Assembly (NCBI GenBank): GCA_051294375.1
Contig: CM119271.1
Coordinates: forward strand, 4,341,910 to 4,405,909
Source of the DNA: Paraspadella gotoi
Lineage: Eukaryota > Animalia > Chaetognatha
Length of the DNA stretch: 64,000 nucleotides
Reading direction: 5' to 3'
In this document: one piece after another, positions 19,533 to 34,111 of the stretch
Numbering within the stretch: the first letter of the stretch is position 1
How the letters are laid out: each line of letters opens with the position of its first letter
Program-made: the position numbers and the translations under genes
Notes under the pieces: generated by a model
Seen by the model: the letters and a program-made list of their open reading frames with translations, nothing else
Databases searched by the model: none
What the model was told of the DNA's origin: nothing

Positions 19533-21530
19533 TGTAGTATTAAAACAAAAGACACTATAATACATATAGTTTAATAGGTGCTTCCTATCTACTCCAGTAC
19601 TGATTATGTTCATTATTACGTTACATCTAACATTTCCATTGTTAAGTCTTTAACCTTCAACAAAGTATTTCTCTTAATGTCATTTATGTTTACTACTTTC
19701 ATTTGTTGATATTTATTGATTTCGTTAATGTTTATTTGTATTAATGTTACTGTTTACAATATTGTGTAATAAAGATATTTTGGATTGCTTGTCTGGTAAC
19801 AAGCAGCCAGAATAATCTATATGCTTTGATTAATTTAATTAAAGGCCTGTTTTCATGAAATGCAACAATAAGGACCTTTGGTTCCGGCGAGAATATTTTA
19901 TTATTCATACGAACTTTGGACTACAAAATCGTTTTAGCCACATTGGTGTGGGAAACCGACGCAGAAACTGTAACGCCTCCATCATTCCCGAGGCGTCACC
20001 CAACCTTCGACGCCGCCATGCGGCGACGCGGGCGTCGAAAAGCAATGAAACCGGACCTTCAGCTTTTGATAAAGAAAATCAGGAGATTGGATTCGGCGAG
20101 TCGAATCCGCATATACTCGCGCAAGAGTAGTCAACGCCAAGACAAGTTTGCCTTTTTTGGAGGCCAAGATCCCCGTCGACCACGGATCCCCGCAATCAAC
20201 CCCGACCTCTGCCGGCAAATTGGCCCTCTTCCTCGAATTTTTGCGCGCCGGCTTACGGCCTTACGATCCCCCCGACAAGCTAAGGTACTCCTCGACAGGA
20301 AGGTCAAACTCGACGGCATAAACCGTCCCAACACTCGACCAGGCTCGTGGAACAAGTCGACGACCGTCCTCTATAGACGACATTCGCAAAGAAAGGTTCT
20401 CAGTGAGCTCCCTCGAGACATCCGGACCAATCTCATCGACTCGCTGCTGAAACGGCAACCGCAGCCGAGTTAAGCCAAGGCGTGCCGACAAGCACTTCGA
20501 CGCCAAACGTCAAACGAGAGCCGACCCTCAACATGATCGTCGACGACCGCCGTCTCCGACAATTCTAGCGACGACGATCACATCTATCCGACTGCAGCGC
20601 CGTCAACAGGCGCCACGATCATCGCCCAAGGCCTCACCAAAAGCAAAGCCGCGACCTCATGACACCTCCAACGCTCTCGTCAAGCATGATCAAGTTGCGC
20701 CACCGCCCCCAAAACTCAAAGATGATCTGCCAATTTCATGCCAAATACCGGCGACAAGCGCCTATCGTTGCGCAGAGAGGTTGTTCTCAGTAAGAGGAAA
20801 AACGCCCAAAGAGCCGGGAAACGGCGTGGCGAGTCGGCGCAGGTGACCCCGCCGTCAGTCGCCGATGCCATCCTTCACCAAACGATTCATACCATGCTCC
20901 CACGTTATGGACTCAAGTGATGGAAGGACCTGGCTCGATGATGGAGGAGCCATGCTCTCACTAATTCCTCCAACTCCGAAGCGCGTCGCCGGCCCAAACG
21001 GTCCTCAGCTTCAGGCGGGCGAAGGCACGCCCATCGCCTGCTACGGAATCCGGCACATAAGCGGATCAATTTGGGCCCAAGATTGAAGTGTTCATAGTCA
21101 CGCGGACGTTCACCCAGAGCTCGATTTCTTGGCGGAGTTTTTCTTGGCCGCCAATCACCGCGAAAGGAATTCTTTTGGATTTGAAAGATTTTCACAATCA
21201 CTCTGCGCCCGCTCGTTCGTCAAGACGGTCGCCCACGTCAATTTTGTCGATCAATCCGACAGATATTATATCTGACTGGACCAAATTTCTAAACAATGTC
21301 CACGGTCGCTCACGCTCCGCTACCCACTCACGCTCCGCCGACATTTGAAATTCGAGAGCCAACACGGAACGTCCGCCATTTTATTCCAAACACAAGGTCG
21401 CCCTTGTCAAGCTCGGGCGAGACGTCTCTCCCCAGAGAAACTGGCGGTTGCGAAGGCATAACTAGATAAGATGGTGTAATTGGGCGTCGCACAACGAACA
21501 AAAAGCCCATGGTCATCCCCACTCCACTTC
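19533..21530 (+). mobile_element. Related CsRn1-like Gypsy element, 3'-truncated and frameshift-riddled (putative 5' LTR, PBS, gag, protease, start of RT)
   Basis: Fragments match the intact element: AFDKENQEI, QDKFAF, ELPRDIR, ICQFHAKY..C..GC (~20725-20785), GGGAAAC at 20816-20822, DSSDGRTWLDDGGAMLSLIPPTP, TPIACYGI, PWSSPL at ~21506-21525. PBS-like TGGTGT...CCGACGC at ~19944. LTR start TGTAGT at 19533 is tentative. Confidence 0.85.
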
Positions 21531-21611
21531 TCTTAACCTTATCTGACCGATTCTTTGGACTCTCTGGTCACCTTTGGCTTCCTTTGGGCCCGATAACTAA
21601 TCACAGATAGA

Positions 21612-21723
21612 GATATTCTGACATGATATATGTAGTTAGCACACAATATTGAGGGGGCGGACCGACGGACCGACAAAGTGAATTATAGAGTCGGGATCTG
21701 CTTATAAGCAGATCCGACTAAAA
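21612..21723 (-). mobile_element. HINE family B hairpin-end fragment
   Basis: TTCTGACATGAT...AAAGTGAATTATAGAGTCGGGATCTGCTTATAAGCAGATCCGACTAAAA matches 17625-17734. Confidence 0.75.
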
Positions 21724-21949
21724 ATCTCAATGTTTTCTTTGTAATTGTAGTCAACAAGAGAGAGAGATTTCTCCAAGATCTATGGCTCCATCAGAAAATG
21801 GTTGTGTTCCCTCTTCGACGTAAACTATGGATTAAATCAGTAAAAAAAAAAAAAACACTTTCAAGTTTACCGAGAATTTTTTAGGTTTAGCGATAGATTA
21901 TTGAAGACCAGATGATGCGAGAGGGGAAAAAATTGGAAAGGGGAGGGGG

Positions 21950-21973
21950 GAGGGCAAAGAGAGAGAGAAGAGA

Positions 21974-22014
<41 letters not shown>

Positions 22015-23152
22015 AGAGAGAGCGGGAGAGAGAGAGAGAGAGATAGAGAAGAGGAGAAATTCCCAATAGAGATAAAAGATTAAATCGAATAATAAGATAA
22101 GAGGGCGAATCACGGGAAGGAAAACACCAAAAACAGACAACACAACAACAACACCAACAGCAACAACAACAACAACAACAAACAACAACAAACAGAGAAA
22201 TGTATTACGTTTTGGTCTAAAAACATTTTTTAATTAAATTTATTTTAATTATTAATAGTTTTAAATTCTTCATTTTTTAAAAAGGACACATTATATGCAC
22301 ATTGTTCTCGGTCGCTCGCGAAGTTAAAACGGCTAAAAAAATATATTTTAGCTGTTTTCTATATTGAAGAATTTGATTTAAAGTTTACTAAAGAGACATA
22401 ATTCCATTATTGTTGCACGCCTGCGGCACGCTCTGGCACCGCCTGGGCACGCCTGGGCACGCTTGGGCACGCGCCTCTGGGCACTATGTGTAGCGTCGAC
22501 AACTAAGGTCTGTTTAAAGTTTAAGCAATTCGCTCTTTTTCACCCAACCCGGAATATTTTACGAACCTATTAATTGTCTTCGATAAGAAGGAATTGCTTT
22601 GGGCGCCGCGTGACTGGGTTCGTCGGGTAGCATAAACGCCGGAAACTCGGCGCCAAAAATTGGAGGAGAAGAATCCGAAATTAGAAGCATCGGTTTCGAC
22701 GCCACACAGGAGTCACAGCCAACTTCTCTCTCTCTCTCTCTGCGTCTCTACTCTCTCTCTTCTCTCTCTTTCCTCCTCTCTCTACTCCCCACACATGCAC
22801 ACTTCCCCTCCCGCTCAGTCATGAACTCTCTCCAGGTCTAGCCCTCCAGTTTTGATTTTCCCGCCGCGGTCGCGTTAGCAAACGGCGCAGCTTCGACGGT
22901 TTGACCGCGCCGACTGGCCGGCCAAATTCGACTAGACGTCAAAAATTTTTGAATGTTAAACCGATGAACGAAAAATTATAAACGGCGAACAGCAAACTTG
23001 GACATTACTAGTAAACGCTTAAAGAGTATGTTGTTTCGCGTGTTGAAGATCGAAGCAAAACTGGTGGGTGATTTGAGGCAAACAGGCTTAATCCTTGGCA
23101 ATCAAATGTCGACAAGAGTGAACAAGAGAGGAAACTTGCTTCTTGAAGGAAG

Positions 23153-23183
<31 letters not shown>

Positions 23184-26100
23184 CAGAGTAAGAGAGAGGA
23201 AGAGAGGAAGAGAAAGAGAACGTCGACGACTAGATGAGAGAGAGAGCAGACGACGAAGACGAGACGAGGAGCAGAAGAGAGAAGAAAATCGCCAGTGCGT
23301 GCAACGGTCGGGAAGAAAATGTCAGAAAAGAATGAAAAAAGTCGCGACCCGAAACTCATATCCGAGAAAGAGAAGAATGCGAGTAATGAGAGAGAGTATT
23401 AAGAGGGAGAGAGAAAGAGAGATAAGAGAGAAAAAGATCGAGAGAGAGAGAGGAGAGAGAGAGAGAGAAAACGGTTTAATAAAAGGAAAAGAAAATTAGA
23501 CTTAGAATAAAGGAGGGGGAAAAAAGGAGAAGGAAAGGTAATATATCAGCGGAAATTTGGCCTTCGTCGACTCGAACCAAGTACTTTAATCATCAGCGGA
23601 AAACTTTTTCCTCCCCTTTTTTTCTCTTCATCTAGTTTTTGTCTCGCAGCCAGCGACAACTAATAAGTCGGAATAAACCTTTTCTACTTAGTTTCGCGGT
23701 TGTTTTTTTTTTCTTTTGTTTTTGCTTCGGTCCGTCGAACAAAAACAAAGAAGGACAGGCTCTTTCCAATAAAAAGATCCGAGGTGCTTTGAAGACGTTT
23801 GGACTGCGAGAGAATTCGAGGTTGGCGGTTTCAGGGTGAAGGGATTAGGCGATCAGGTTAGGGATCAGAGATAGAGATTTGGTTGAGAATTAGGATTAGG
23901 GATCTAGGTTAGTCATTTCAGTGTAGCGATTATGGTTGAAGGGCATCCTATGAGTTAGAGTTGAAATATATAAGAGAATTAGGGTTCGGTCATACTAATA
24001 CCGGATTAGGTCTATAGATTGTACAAATTGTGTTTTAGGTTTGGTAATTACGAACTTTGATACAACCAATATAAAAATTATCCATTCATTTAATAAATAA
24101 GCTATCTTGCCCCTTACTCTTGGACAGGCTTTTGGAGGTTTAAAGGCCTCCATCACTCTTACAAGATAATGACATAGCAGGTCCTGCAAAGCTTTCAATG
24201 CCAAGACTCTCTCACAGTCTTGTTTATTACTTCTCAATTGAAGTGGCCTAATATGTCACACCCGAGATGTTTTTTAAATTGTATGAAAAGACCACTCTCC
24301 TATCATTAAGGCTAAAATCTCAAGTAACGCCTGTTCGTTAAAAGAGAAAGCCTTTTTTCTTAATTCTAATTCTTATCTTCCATAAAAATTTCTCTGACTA
24401 TTTCCTTTAATCCTGTCTGACCTCCAGTTTCTCTACATCCCTTCCGCGCTCCTCCACATTTCCGCCATGCATGGAAACTTCATTTTGTCAGCTTTATCAC
24501 TACTGCGTAACCCGCCCGTCGAAAGCGCGGCGTCGATCGCCTCCCTTAGCAATTCGCCTCGGTAACCGGCCTTGTATGAGAAAGTCCAACGTTCTGATCT
24601 GAATAGTAACGACTTCAAGTCAGCTAAAACGTGCGAAATCGTGAATGTGAATGTTTCTTTTATTAGTAAATGCGATTTTTTAAATCCGCGTTCAAATAGA
24701 ATGAGTTAATTATTCCCCGATCTAAAGAGTCCAAGTTGAGAGGTTGACATATTTATCCAATAAAAGTGAGAGAGAAAAATACTTTATTCCACTTAGAATG
24801 ATAAAGAAAACGAGGTAAACTCTGTGAGAGTTAAAACTAAAATGAGAAAGAATATATTAGTAGAAAGCTCTATAGCATATTTTAGTACTATGTTAGAAGA
24901 ACGCTTGGCCATGCACCACTCGTTTATTGATTTTGTAGATTGAACCGATTTCTCTATTTTTTTTTTCTCGAAAAACTCGGATCCTCCTTTAAAAAATAAA
25001 AAAACTGTTTAAAACTCGGGGTGCCCCCCGACACCCTCTGTCTAACCATAAATGCCTTTCTCCTTGCCCCCCCGCCTCTCCCCCTGCCACGACTCCTCCG
25101 CGAACGCCGGAACCATTCTTCGATCCTTCTCTCTCGGCTAATCACCTCGACGCCGCGCCGGTCGCGCATATCTAGAAACGCCACCCCCTTCGAAGCGCTG
25201 CGATCTCAGTGACGGACTCTCAGTTCAAACAGTCGGTCTCTGGTCGGCTTAATCGCTGTTTTCAGCCGTCGGTCGCTAGGGTTGTCGGTTTCGTCGAGAA
25301 AGGAATCGGTTTGTTCGGCTGCATTGGGTCCGACGGGTCGGCGCGAAATTCTTCAGAGTTCAAGTTCTTTAACGCTGTTTTTTGGCATCGGAGGCTGTCG
25401 GATTTAGCTAGAATTTTATGGATCTCCTCGGGCGCGCGGCGGAGAGTCAGCGGGTGGGCAAAGCGTGGTAGCAGCAAGCCTCGGCGTCGTCGTCGTCGTC
25501 TGTCGGTCGTTTTGCCGATTACGACTGTCGTCTTAATCATATTCGTCCTCCCGTCGTCGTTTCGTCGTCGTTCGTCCTCATTCATCGTCGTCTTTGTCGT
25601 CTTCCTTATTCCGCTGCTTACTGTCACAGTCGCCATTATTGATTTATTATCGTCGCAAAAACGACGACCTTTCAATCTTCGTCGTCGTCCGTTGTTGCTG
25701 ACCTGTGTTATTATTTATCCCGGAGCCGAATTATTCGGACACATTCCCATTTCTATCCGACTGATTTTTTAAACAACGAGAGAGATGAAATGGTTTCAAA
25801 TAAGAAGTTTTTTTTCCAATGAAATTTTTTGGTATTGTGGTTTTGCAGAGTAGTTAGCCAAACAAACATGAACATGTACACTAACTTTAAAATAGTGTTC
25901 CTATCATTAAAAGCGGCTCCTCAAAACGGGGTTTTTTTTTTTTTAAATTTCTTTTCTCTTGTAAGTTCAAAAAAAGAAACTGTCAGGGTGTCATCGTATC
26001 AACCACGACGTGTATAACAATCGCCATCGTCTTTCATTTTCATCCCAGTCGTATTCATAACATTTATCATCATTTTCATGTTCAATCATCAACTAATAAT

Positions 26101-26230
26101 ATTTCATCATAAAGTTATAGTAATCGGTCTTCTTCATTATCCGTCTTCGGGGATAAATCGTCCGTCGTCTGTCGTCGTCGTCGCCTTCCGTCAATCAACA
26201 TCGTCTTCCTCGTCGTCGTCGTCAGCCGTT
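21950..26230 (+). repeat. Left arm of a ~4.2-kb inverted duplication
   Basis: Reverse-complement collinear with 30179-34140 throughout (e.g. 22197-22330 vs 33770-33905; 23995-24240 vs 32000-32235); differences are mostly small insertions. Confidence 0.92.
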
Positions 26231-26392
26231 CGTCTCGTCGTTCCTTCCGCCGACGAAGGTCTCCCCTCTAGTTTGTCGCGCTTAAACGCCCCTTCGGCCC
26301 ATGACTCGGCCCTGTTACATCCTCGGAAAATGTCGCCGTATGATGACGGTTGTTATGGAATACGCCCATCTCCCCTTTCCTCGTCTCTCCTG

Positions 26393-26423
<31 letters not shown>

Positions 26424-28063
26424 TCTTCTCTCTCTCTCTCTCTCGTCTCTACTCNNNNNNNNNNNNNNNNNNNNNNNNNGAGAGAGAGAGAAAGAAGAGG
26501 ACAGGAGAGAAAGTGAGTTGGTAAAGAGAGGGGAAGTAAAGAGTAAAAAATAGGAGAGTGTGGAGGCAGTCTGTGAAAAAACCCGAGTGAATTTCTGAGA
26601 CGTTAAACATAAAAAGAATGTCGACTCCCACCTGCTACTTTTCCCCCTTGAAAAATTTATGAAGATCCACACAGTTTTTTCCTCGGGAATAATATTTTAT
26701 CATTTCATCATTTTTTTTTTATAGCGAGTCAATTTTTTTGTGTAAAATCGTAAAATAGGAAACTGCTCGTGAAACTGAAAAAAAAAACTGCTCTTTTTGG
26801 TTTCAATTTCTTGAAAAATCTATTTCTTTCAACGTTGTATTTGATAAGTTTCCTCTGTATAATTTAAAACTTTTATTTTAAAACGAAATTATTTCTACTT
26901 CCATTTAAATGATTTGAAGCAACGGTTGAAACCAATTTCATGTTAAAAGCGTCAACAGTATTTATTAAGTCTCGGAAAAAACTGAAATCTTTTTTTCTTT
27001 TGACGAGCGGAGCTGATGAGACTTTCCGACTGGATGCTCCTGCGCGGTGAGTGGGGAGGGAGGCGGAGAAGGGGGCTGGGNNNNNNNNNNNNNNNNNNNN
27101 NNNNNNNNNNNNNNNNNNNNNNNNNNNNNNNNNNNNNNNNNNNNNNNNNNNNNNNNNNNNNNNNNNNNNNNNNNNNNNNNNNNNNNNNNNNNNNNNNNNN
27201 NNNNNNNNNNNNNNNNNNNNNNNNNNNNNNNNNNNNNNNNNNNNNNNNNNNNNNNNNNNNNNNNNNNNNNNNNNNNNNNNNNNNNNNNNNNNNNNNNNNN
27301 NNNNNNNNNNNNNNNNNNNNNNNNNNNNNNNNNNNNNNNNNNNNNNNNNNNNNNNNNNNNNNNNNNNNNNNNNNNNNNNNNNNNNNNNNNNNNNNNNNNN
27401 NNNNNNNNNNNNNNNNNNNNNNNNNNNNNNNNNNNNNNNNNNNNNNNNNNNNNNNNNNNNNNNNNNNNNNNNNNNNNNNNNNNNNNNNNNNNNNNNNNNN
27501 NNNNNNNNNNNNNNNNNNNNNNNNNNNNNNNNNNNNNNNNNGCGGGTTGGGGTGGTTAGATCTTGAAAGATGTTCCAGGACGAAAGGGGGAAAAAGAACG
27601 GGACGGAAAGGAGAAATAAGGAGGAAGAAGGGAATAAAGGAAAAAGAGGGATAATCCTTTTGGGAGAAGAGATTCAAAGTAATTAGGAAATGAATGAGAG
27701 GAAAAAGGAAAAAATGGGGATAAAAAAGAAAGAAAAAAGTAAAGACTGATCGAAGGAAAGAAATTAACATGAGAACTTGAGAAAAGATGGACAAAACGAA
27801 AAAAGAAAGAAAAAGACAAAGAACAAAGAAAGAAAGAAAGAAAGAAAGAAAGAAAAAAGAGAGACAGAAAAGAGCGATATAAATATAGTAAAGAAAAAAA
27901 AAATTAATAATGAAACAAAAAAACAAAAAAAACAGATTTACAAAGATTTAAGAATATACGATGACAGCGCGCTAATAAGGTTAAGTTTCTTGTCTACACT
28001 TACTTTTTTATTTCTATTCCTTTAGTTTTTTTCTATTTTTTTTTGTCCCTCCTTTTCCTCCCA

Positions 28064-28159
<96 letters not shown>

Positions 28160-29657
28160 GTCGCGACATCAGGTGGCTTTACTTCCCTTTAATCTCGAAT
28201 ATCTTTCTGCTCTCGACGCCTCGACCGCCCACGATACCATTTTCCCTACTCATCCAAAGTCCCGCCCCATACAACCCAATCCCACCCTTCCACCCAACCA
28301 CTCAACGCCACCACCCTAAACAGTCACCGTTGCCCTAGCGGCGGCCAAACGAATTACGTCTTAAGCAAGATTTAATGGAGACGTCGGCGTCGGGGCGTTC
28401 CATTGGCTATGGGCGTCAATGCGAGAGACGTTCGGACGTTCGCCCGTCCTTTCGTCTCTCCCTGGGGGGATTGGGATCGCCGCTAGAGACCGCCTGGCGC
28501 CGCAAAAAAACCTACCTCACGATTTTTAGTCTAATACGTACATAAGTGTTGTACAATTACCACAATTAGCTCCGCCGAAAAACAAGAGCAAGGCGACGTA
28601 AAAAAAACTAAATTAAACTCTTGACCATGCGCCGAAAATGGAATCAGCTTCCGAATAATAAAACGGCGCCGATGGCCGGCGTCGTTGGGTGAGGCTTCGA
28701 CGCTAAAAAAGGTAAGGTCGAACGAGGTTAAAGAGTTGGTCGTTTCGGTGTCTCAAAAGGTTTTTCGGTCATCGAAGTTCGAAGGTCAAACGGTGGCGAA
28801 AACGATCCGCTGCACCAATTTTGCTTTGCCATTTTGCGATCTCCTGCGATACCTCTTACATGGATTAACGCGAAATTCGTTACGAGCGCCCTTTAATTAA
28901 GGCTCTATCACTAAAATTTCGTTTCTCAAACCCCGGCGTGGTCTATTTTTTAATTGGTAGAAAATAAATGTGTAACCGATAAACTTAAAACAGTCAAAAG
29001 TTTATCGCATCATAGTGTTTTATAAAGCTTACTAAACTATTCAACGCTGATATTAACTACAAATTCGTTTTCTATCGTTTCTTAGGCCAACTTGGCTTCT
29101 TCCCTATTCGACTGTTTTGTAGCCAATAAACATCGCCTCTTTATGAGCTCGCGTTATGGGTTGTTCCCCCGTTTACCGGCCTAACCTTACGCTTCTACAA
29201 ATTCTTCACAATTTTATCGTTTCTTCTCGCTTTTCATGTTTGAGAGAGATTTTGTATGTTATAAAAATGTTAATCTAATTCTAAATCTCTTTTTTTACTA
29301 ATATATTTCTGTAATTCTATCATCAAATTTTTTTCTCTATTATTCATTGTCTTTAAGTATGTTAAGTATGTTCTAACTCTATTTAACATAATTGATAAGC
29401 GCCATTCTCATCCATCCATCTTGAACCTTTACTGCCTCCACCTCTTCCTCCTCTTCCTCCTCTTCCTCCTACCCCTCCTCCTCCACTCCCATCCTAGTCT
29501 TTGACATTCAATTTACGACCAGCATTAATACTCCATAATTAATGTCATAAATACTCTATAATTTTCTGCTCTTCCTTTCTCAAAGACCCCGACCATCAAT
29601 TACTGTCGGGGCAATTTCTTATTTCGGTCACTGGTCACCCGCGACTGTCCCCAGAGT

Positions 29658-29717
<60 letters not shown>

Positions 29718-30226
29718 CTCTTCACCATATTCAGAACGAGTTGTCTTCAGTTGTTCTCAATTCATTCTTTCTCTTGCTCTTTATTTCTGTCTTTTCTTCA
29801 TCCTTTTAAATTCTTTTCTATCTTATTAAATCTTTCAATCAACTACTTTCTCTCTGTTTTTTTTTCTTTTCAACAAAGTTGTGAGAGGCTATCAAACAAT
29901 TAGAAAATCTTCAATACAAAACATTCAAATGCATGCTATGTATTGTATAACATTTTATTACATAACATAAACAGCACACTACAATGATCCATTTATGAAA
30001 AATAAACAATTCACAATCTCTCTCGTTATTTTTCACTGCCGCCTTATATCCGTTTATCCGTCCATCCCGTTTATGTCCCTAGACCCTCTTCCACACCCCT
30101 TCCCTCTCCACCCTACCCTACCCTACACCCCCCTNNNNNNNNNNNNNNNNNNNNNNNNNNNNNNNNNNNNNNNNNNNNGACGACGACGACGACGACGACG
30201 ACGAGGAAGACGATGTTGATGACGAA

Positions 30227-30270
<44 letters not shown>

Positions 30271-32239
30271 TTATCACGAAGACGATAATGAAGAAGACGA
30301 TTACTATGAATTTTATGATGAATATTATTAAGTTGATGATGACAGTGAAAATGATGATAAATGTTATGAATACGACTGTGATGAAAATGAAGACGATGGC
30401 GATGATAAGGATGAAGATGACGATGACAAAACCCTGACAGTTTCTTTTTTGAACTTACAAGAGAAAAGAAATTTAAAAAAAAAACGTTTGAGAGCCGCTT
30501 TTATGATAGGACACTATTTAAGTTATGTACATGTTTCATGTTTTTTGGTCAATATTGAAAACCAAAAAAAAAAAATTTCATTGGCAAAAAAAAAACATGA
30601 AACATTCATCTCTCGTTGTTAAAAATCTCGGATAGAAATGGAATGTGTCGATAATTCGGCTCCGATAAATAATAACAACAGAAAGATCGACAACAACGAC
30701 GACGACGAAGATTGAAAGGTCGTCGTTTTCGACGATAATAAATCAAAATGGCGACTGTGACAGTAACAGCGAATAAGAAGACGACAAAGACGAAGACGAC
30801 GATGATGAGGACGACGACGACGGCGACGACGACGACGGCGAGGACGAATATGATTAAGACGACAGTTATGAAAACGACGACGACGACGACGACGCCGAGG
30901 CTGCTGCTACCCGCTGCCACCTCCGCGCGCCGCCGCCGAGGAGATCCATAAAATTTGCAAATCCGACCGCCGATGCCAAAAAAAAAAAAAAAAACGCGAG
31001 ACGATCGAAGAATTTCGCGCCGCCGTCGGACCCAAGACGACCGAACCAACCGATTGCTCGACGACCGACAACCCAGCGACCGACGGCTGAAAACCGATAA
31101 CCGACAACAGAAGACCGACTGTTTGAACTGAGAGGATCGTCCGAGACTCGGGTTCGAGACCCGGCGTCGGCCGTTTCCATCGTTAGCGCCGACGCCGCGG
31201 CGTGGAGGTGATTAGCCGGAGAGAGAAGGTCGAAAATTTCCGGCGTTCGGACGGAGGAGTCGTGGGGGGGAGGAGGGGGGGGGGAAAGGAGAAAGGCATT
31301 TTGGTTAAGACGAAGGGTGTCGGGGGCACCCCGAGTTTTAAACAAAGTTTTTATTTTTTAAGGAGGGAGTTTTCGAGAAAAAAAAAAGAAAATGGTTCAA
31401 ACAAAATCAATAAACGAGTGATCATGGCCAAAGCGTTTCTAACAAGATAAATACTTAGCTTTCACTCAATATACTTTCTCATTTTAGTTTAACTCAAAGA
31501 GTACTCGTTTTCTTTATCAACTAAGTGGAAAAAGTATTTTATCCACTTTTATTGGATAAAATGTCAACTCTCTTACTAGTACTATTAGATCGGGGAATAT
31601 TATCATTCTATTTGAAACGCGATTAAAAAATCCATTTTTAAAAAAAAAACATTCACATTCACATTTCCACGTTTCACAGCTGCTTGATTACTTCGATCAC
31701 GTGACCTTTCATAAACCTCACCGAGGCGAATTGTAAGGGACGTCGACGCCGACGCTTCGAGCGGCGGCGAGATAAAAACTGACAAATGAATTTCCATCAT
31801 GGCGGAAATGTGGAGGAGCGCTGAGGTATGAGAGAACTGGACAGACGGATTAAGGAAATAGTCGAGATTTTATGAAGAGAAGAATTAGAATTAAGAAAAA
31901 AAGGCTCTCTTTTACGAAAGCGTTACTTGATTTTAGCCTTAATATAGGAGAGTGGTCTTTTCATACAATTTAAACATTCTTTGAAATATTAGGCCACTTC
32001 ATTGAGAGTATAAACAAGACTGTGAGAGAGTCTTGATTGAAAGCTTGCAGGGACCTGCTATGTCATTATCTTGTAAGAGTGATGGAGGCTTTAAACCGCC
32101 AAAGCCTGTCCAAAGTAAGGGGCAAGATAGCTTATTTATTAAATGAATGGATAATTTTTATATTGGTTGTATCAAATTCGTATTACCAAACCTAAAACAC
32201 AATTGTACAATCTATAGACCTAATCCGGTATTAGTAATC

Positions 32240-32390
32240 CCGAACCCTAATCTAATATTTAACCCTAACCATAATCCCTAACCATAATCCCTAACTGAAA
32301 TGACTAACCTAATCCCTAATCCTAATTCTCAACCAAATCTCTATCCTGATCCCTAACCTGATCCCAATCCCTCACCCTGAAACCCCAACC
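32240..32390 (+). repeat. Degenerate (TAACCC/TAATCC)n hexamer tract
   Basis: Imperfect AACCCT/AATCCC units; mirrored at ~23830-23990; similar tract at ~12560-12640. Confidence 0.6.
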
Positions 32391-32701
32391 TCGAATTCTC
32401 TCCAGTCCAAACGTCTTCAAAGACCTCGGATCTTTATTGAAAGCTGTCCTTTTGTTTTGTCAGACGGACTGAAGCAAAAACAAAAGAAAAAAAAAACAAC
32501 CGGCGAAAACTAAAGTAGAAAAGGTTTATTCCGAACTTAATTTCCGCTCGAACAAAAATGGAAGTAAAAAAAAAAGGGGGAAAAAAGTCGCTTGATTAAT
32601 TCTTCTCGGAGTCGAAAGGCCAAATTCCGCTTTTCTCCCTTTCCTTTCCTTTTTTCCCCCTCCTTTATTCTAAGTCTAATTTTCTTCCTTTTATTTAACC
32701 G

Positions 32702-32761
<60 letters not shown>

Positions 32762-32856
32762 TCTCTCTCTCCTCGTCTCTCTCTTTTCTCTTTTTCGTTC
32801 GGCGCGACTTTTTTCATTCTTTTCTTGACATTTTCTCCCGACCTTGCACGCCTGGC

Positions 32857-32900
<44 letters not shown>

Positions 32901-32909
32901 TCTTCTTCT

Positions 32910-32945
<36 letters not shown>

Positions 32946-33275
32946 TTTCCTTCAAGAAGCAAGTTTCCTCTCTTAGTTCACTCTTGTCGAACATGATTGC
33001 CAAGGTTAAGCTAATTCACTCAATCACCCACCCATTTGCTTCGATCTCAACACGCGAAACAAACATCTCTCTAACTTTATAGCAATGTCCAAGTTTGCCT
33101 GTTCGCCGTTTATAATTTTTAGTTCATCGGTTTAACATTCTAAATTTTTGCCGTCGAATTTGGCGCCAGTCGCGCGCAACCGTGAGACCGCCGTTGCTAC
33201 GCGACGCGGCAGGAAAATCAAACTACTAGACCTGGAGAGAGTTCATACTGAGCGAGGGGAAGTGTGCATGTGTGG

Positions 33276-33369
<94 letters not shown>

Positions 33370-33576
33370 TGCTGTGTGGCGTCGAAACCGATGCTCTATT
33401 TCGGATTCTCCTCCATTTTTGGCGCCGAGTTTTCCGGCGTTTATGGCACCCGACGACCGGCGTCACCGGCGCCCAAACAATTCCTCTTATCGAAGACATA
33501 ATAGGCGTTAAAAATTCCGTTGGGTGAAAAGAGCGAATTCTTAAACTTTAAACAACCTTAGTTCGACCTACACAAC

Positions 33577-33688
33577 GTGCCCAGGGCGTGCCCAGGCGTG
33601 CCCAGCGTGCCAGGTAGGCTGCCAGACGCGTCAGCAGCGTGCCAGCGTGCCCAGGCGTGCCCAGGCGTGCCAGTCGTGCCCAGCGTGC
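33577..33688 (+). repeat. 10-bp minisatellite (GTGCCCAGGC)n
   Basis: About 11 imperfect copies; inverted copy at ~22415-22485. Confidence 0.85.
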
Positions 33689-34111
33689 ACAATATGGAAA
33701 TTATGTCTCTTTAGTAAACTTTAAAATCAAATTCTTCATATAGAAAACAGCTAAAATATATTTTTTAGCCGTTTTAACTTCGCGACGACTTAAACCGAGA
33801 ACAATGTCATATAATGTGTTCTTTAAAAAATGAGAATTTAACTATTAAATAATTAAATAATTTAATTAAAATGTTTTTAGACCAAAAGTAAATACATTTC
33901 TCTTTTGTTTGTTGTTGTTGTTGTGTTGGTGTTGTTGTGCTGTTGTGTTGTTGTTGTTGTTGTTGTTGTCTGTTTTGGTGTTTTCTTCCCGTGATTCCCT
34001 CTTATCTTATTATTCGATTATATCTTTTATCTCTATTGGAATTCTCTCTCTCTCTCTATCTCTCTCTCTCTCTCTCTCCTTCTCTCTCTTCTCACTCTCT
34101 CGTATCTCTCT

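Noticed and set aside
27012-27045. CTGATGAG hammerhead-ribozyme core
   Set aside because: No stem II followed by GAAA and no closing stems.
31695-31830. TCACGTGAC motif plus MAEMWRSAE|gt as a V-ATPase subunit a first exon
   Set aside because: No downstream exons matching that conserved protein were found, and the duplicate arm lacks the donor.
32240-32390. Interstitial telomere
   Set aside because: Units are too degenerate and mixed (TAACCC, TAATCC, TGATCC); more likely an element-associated simple repeat.
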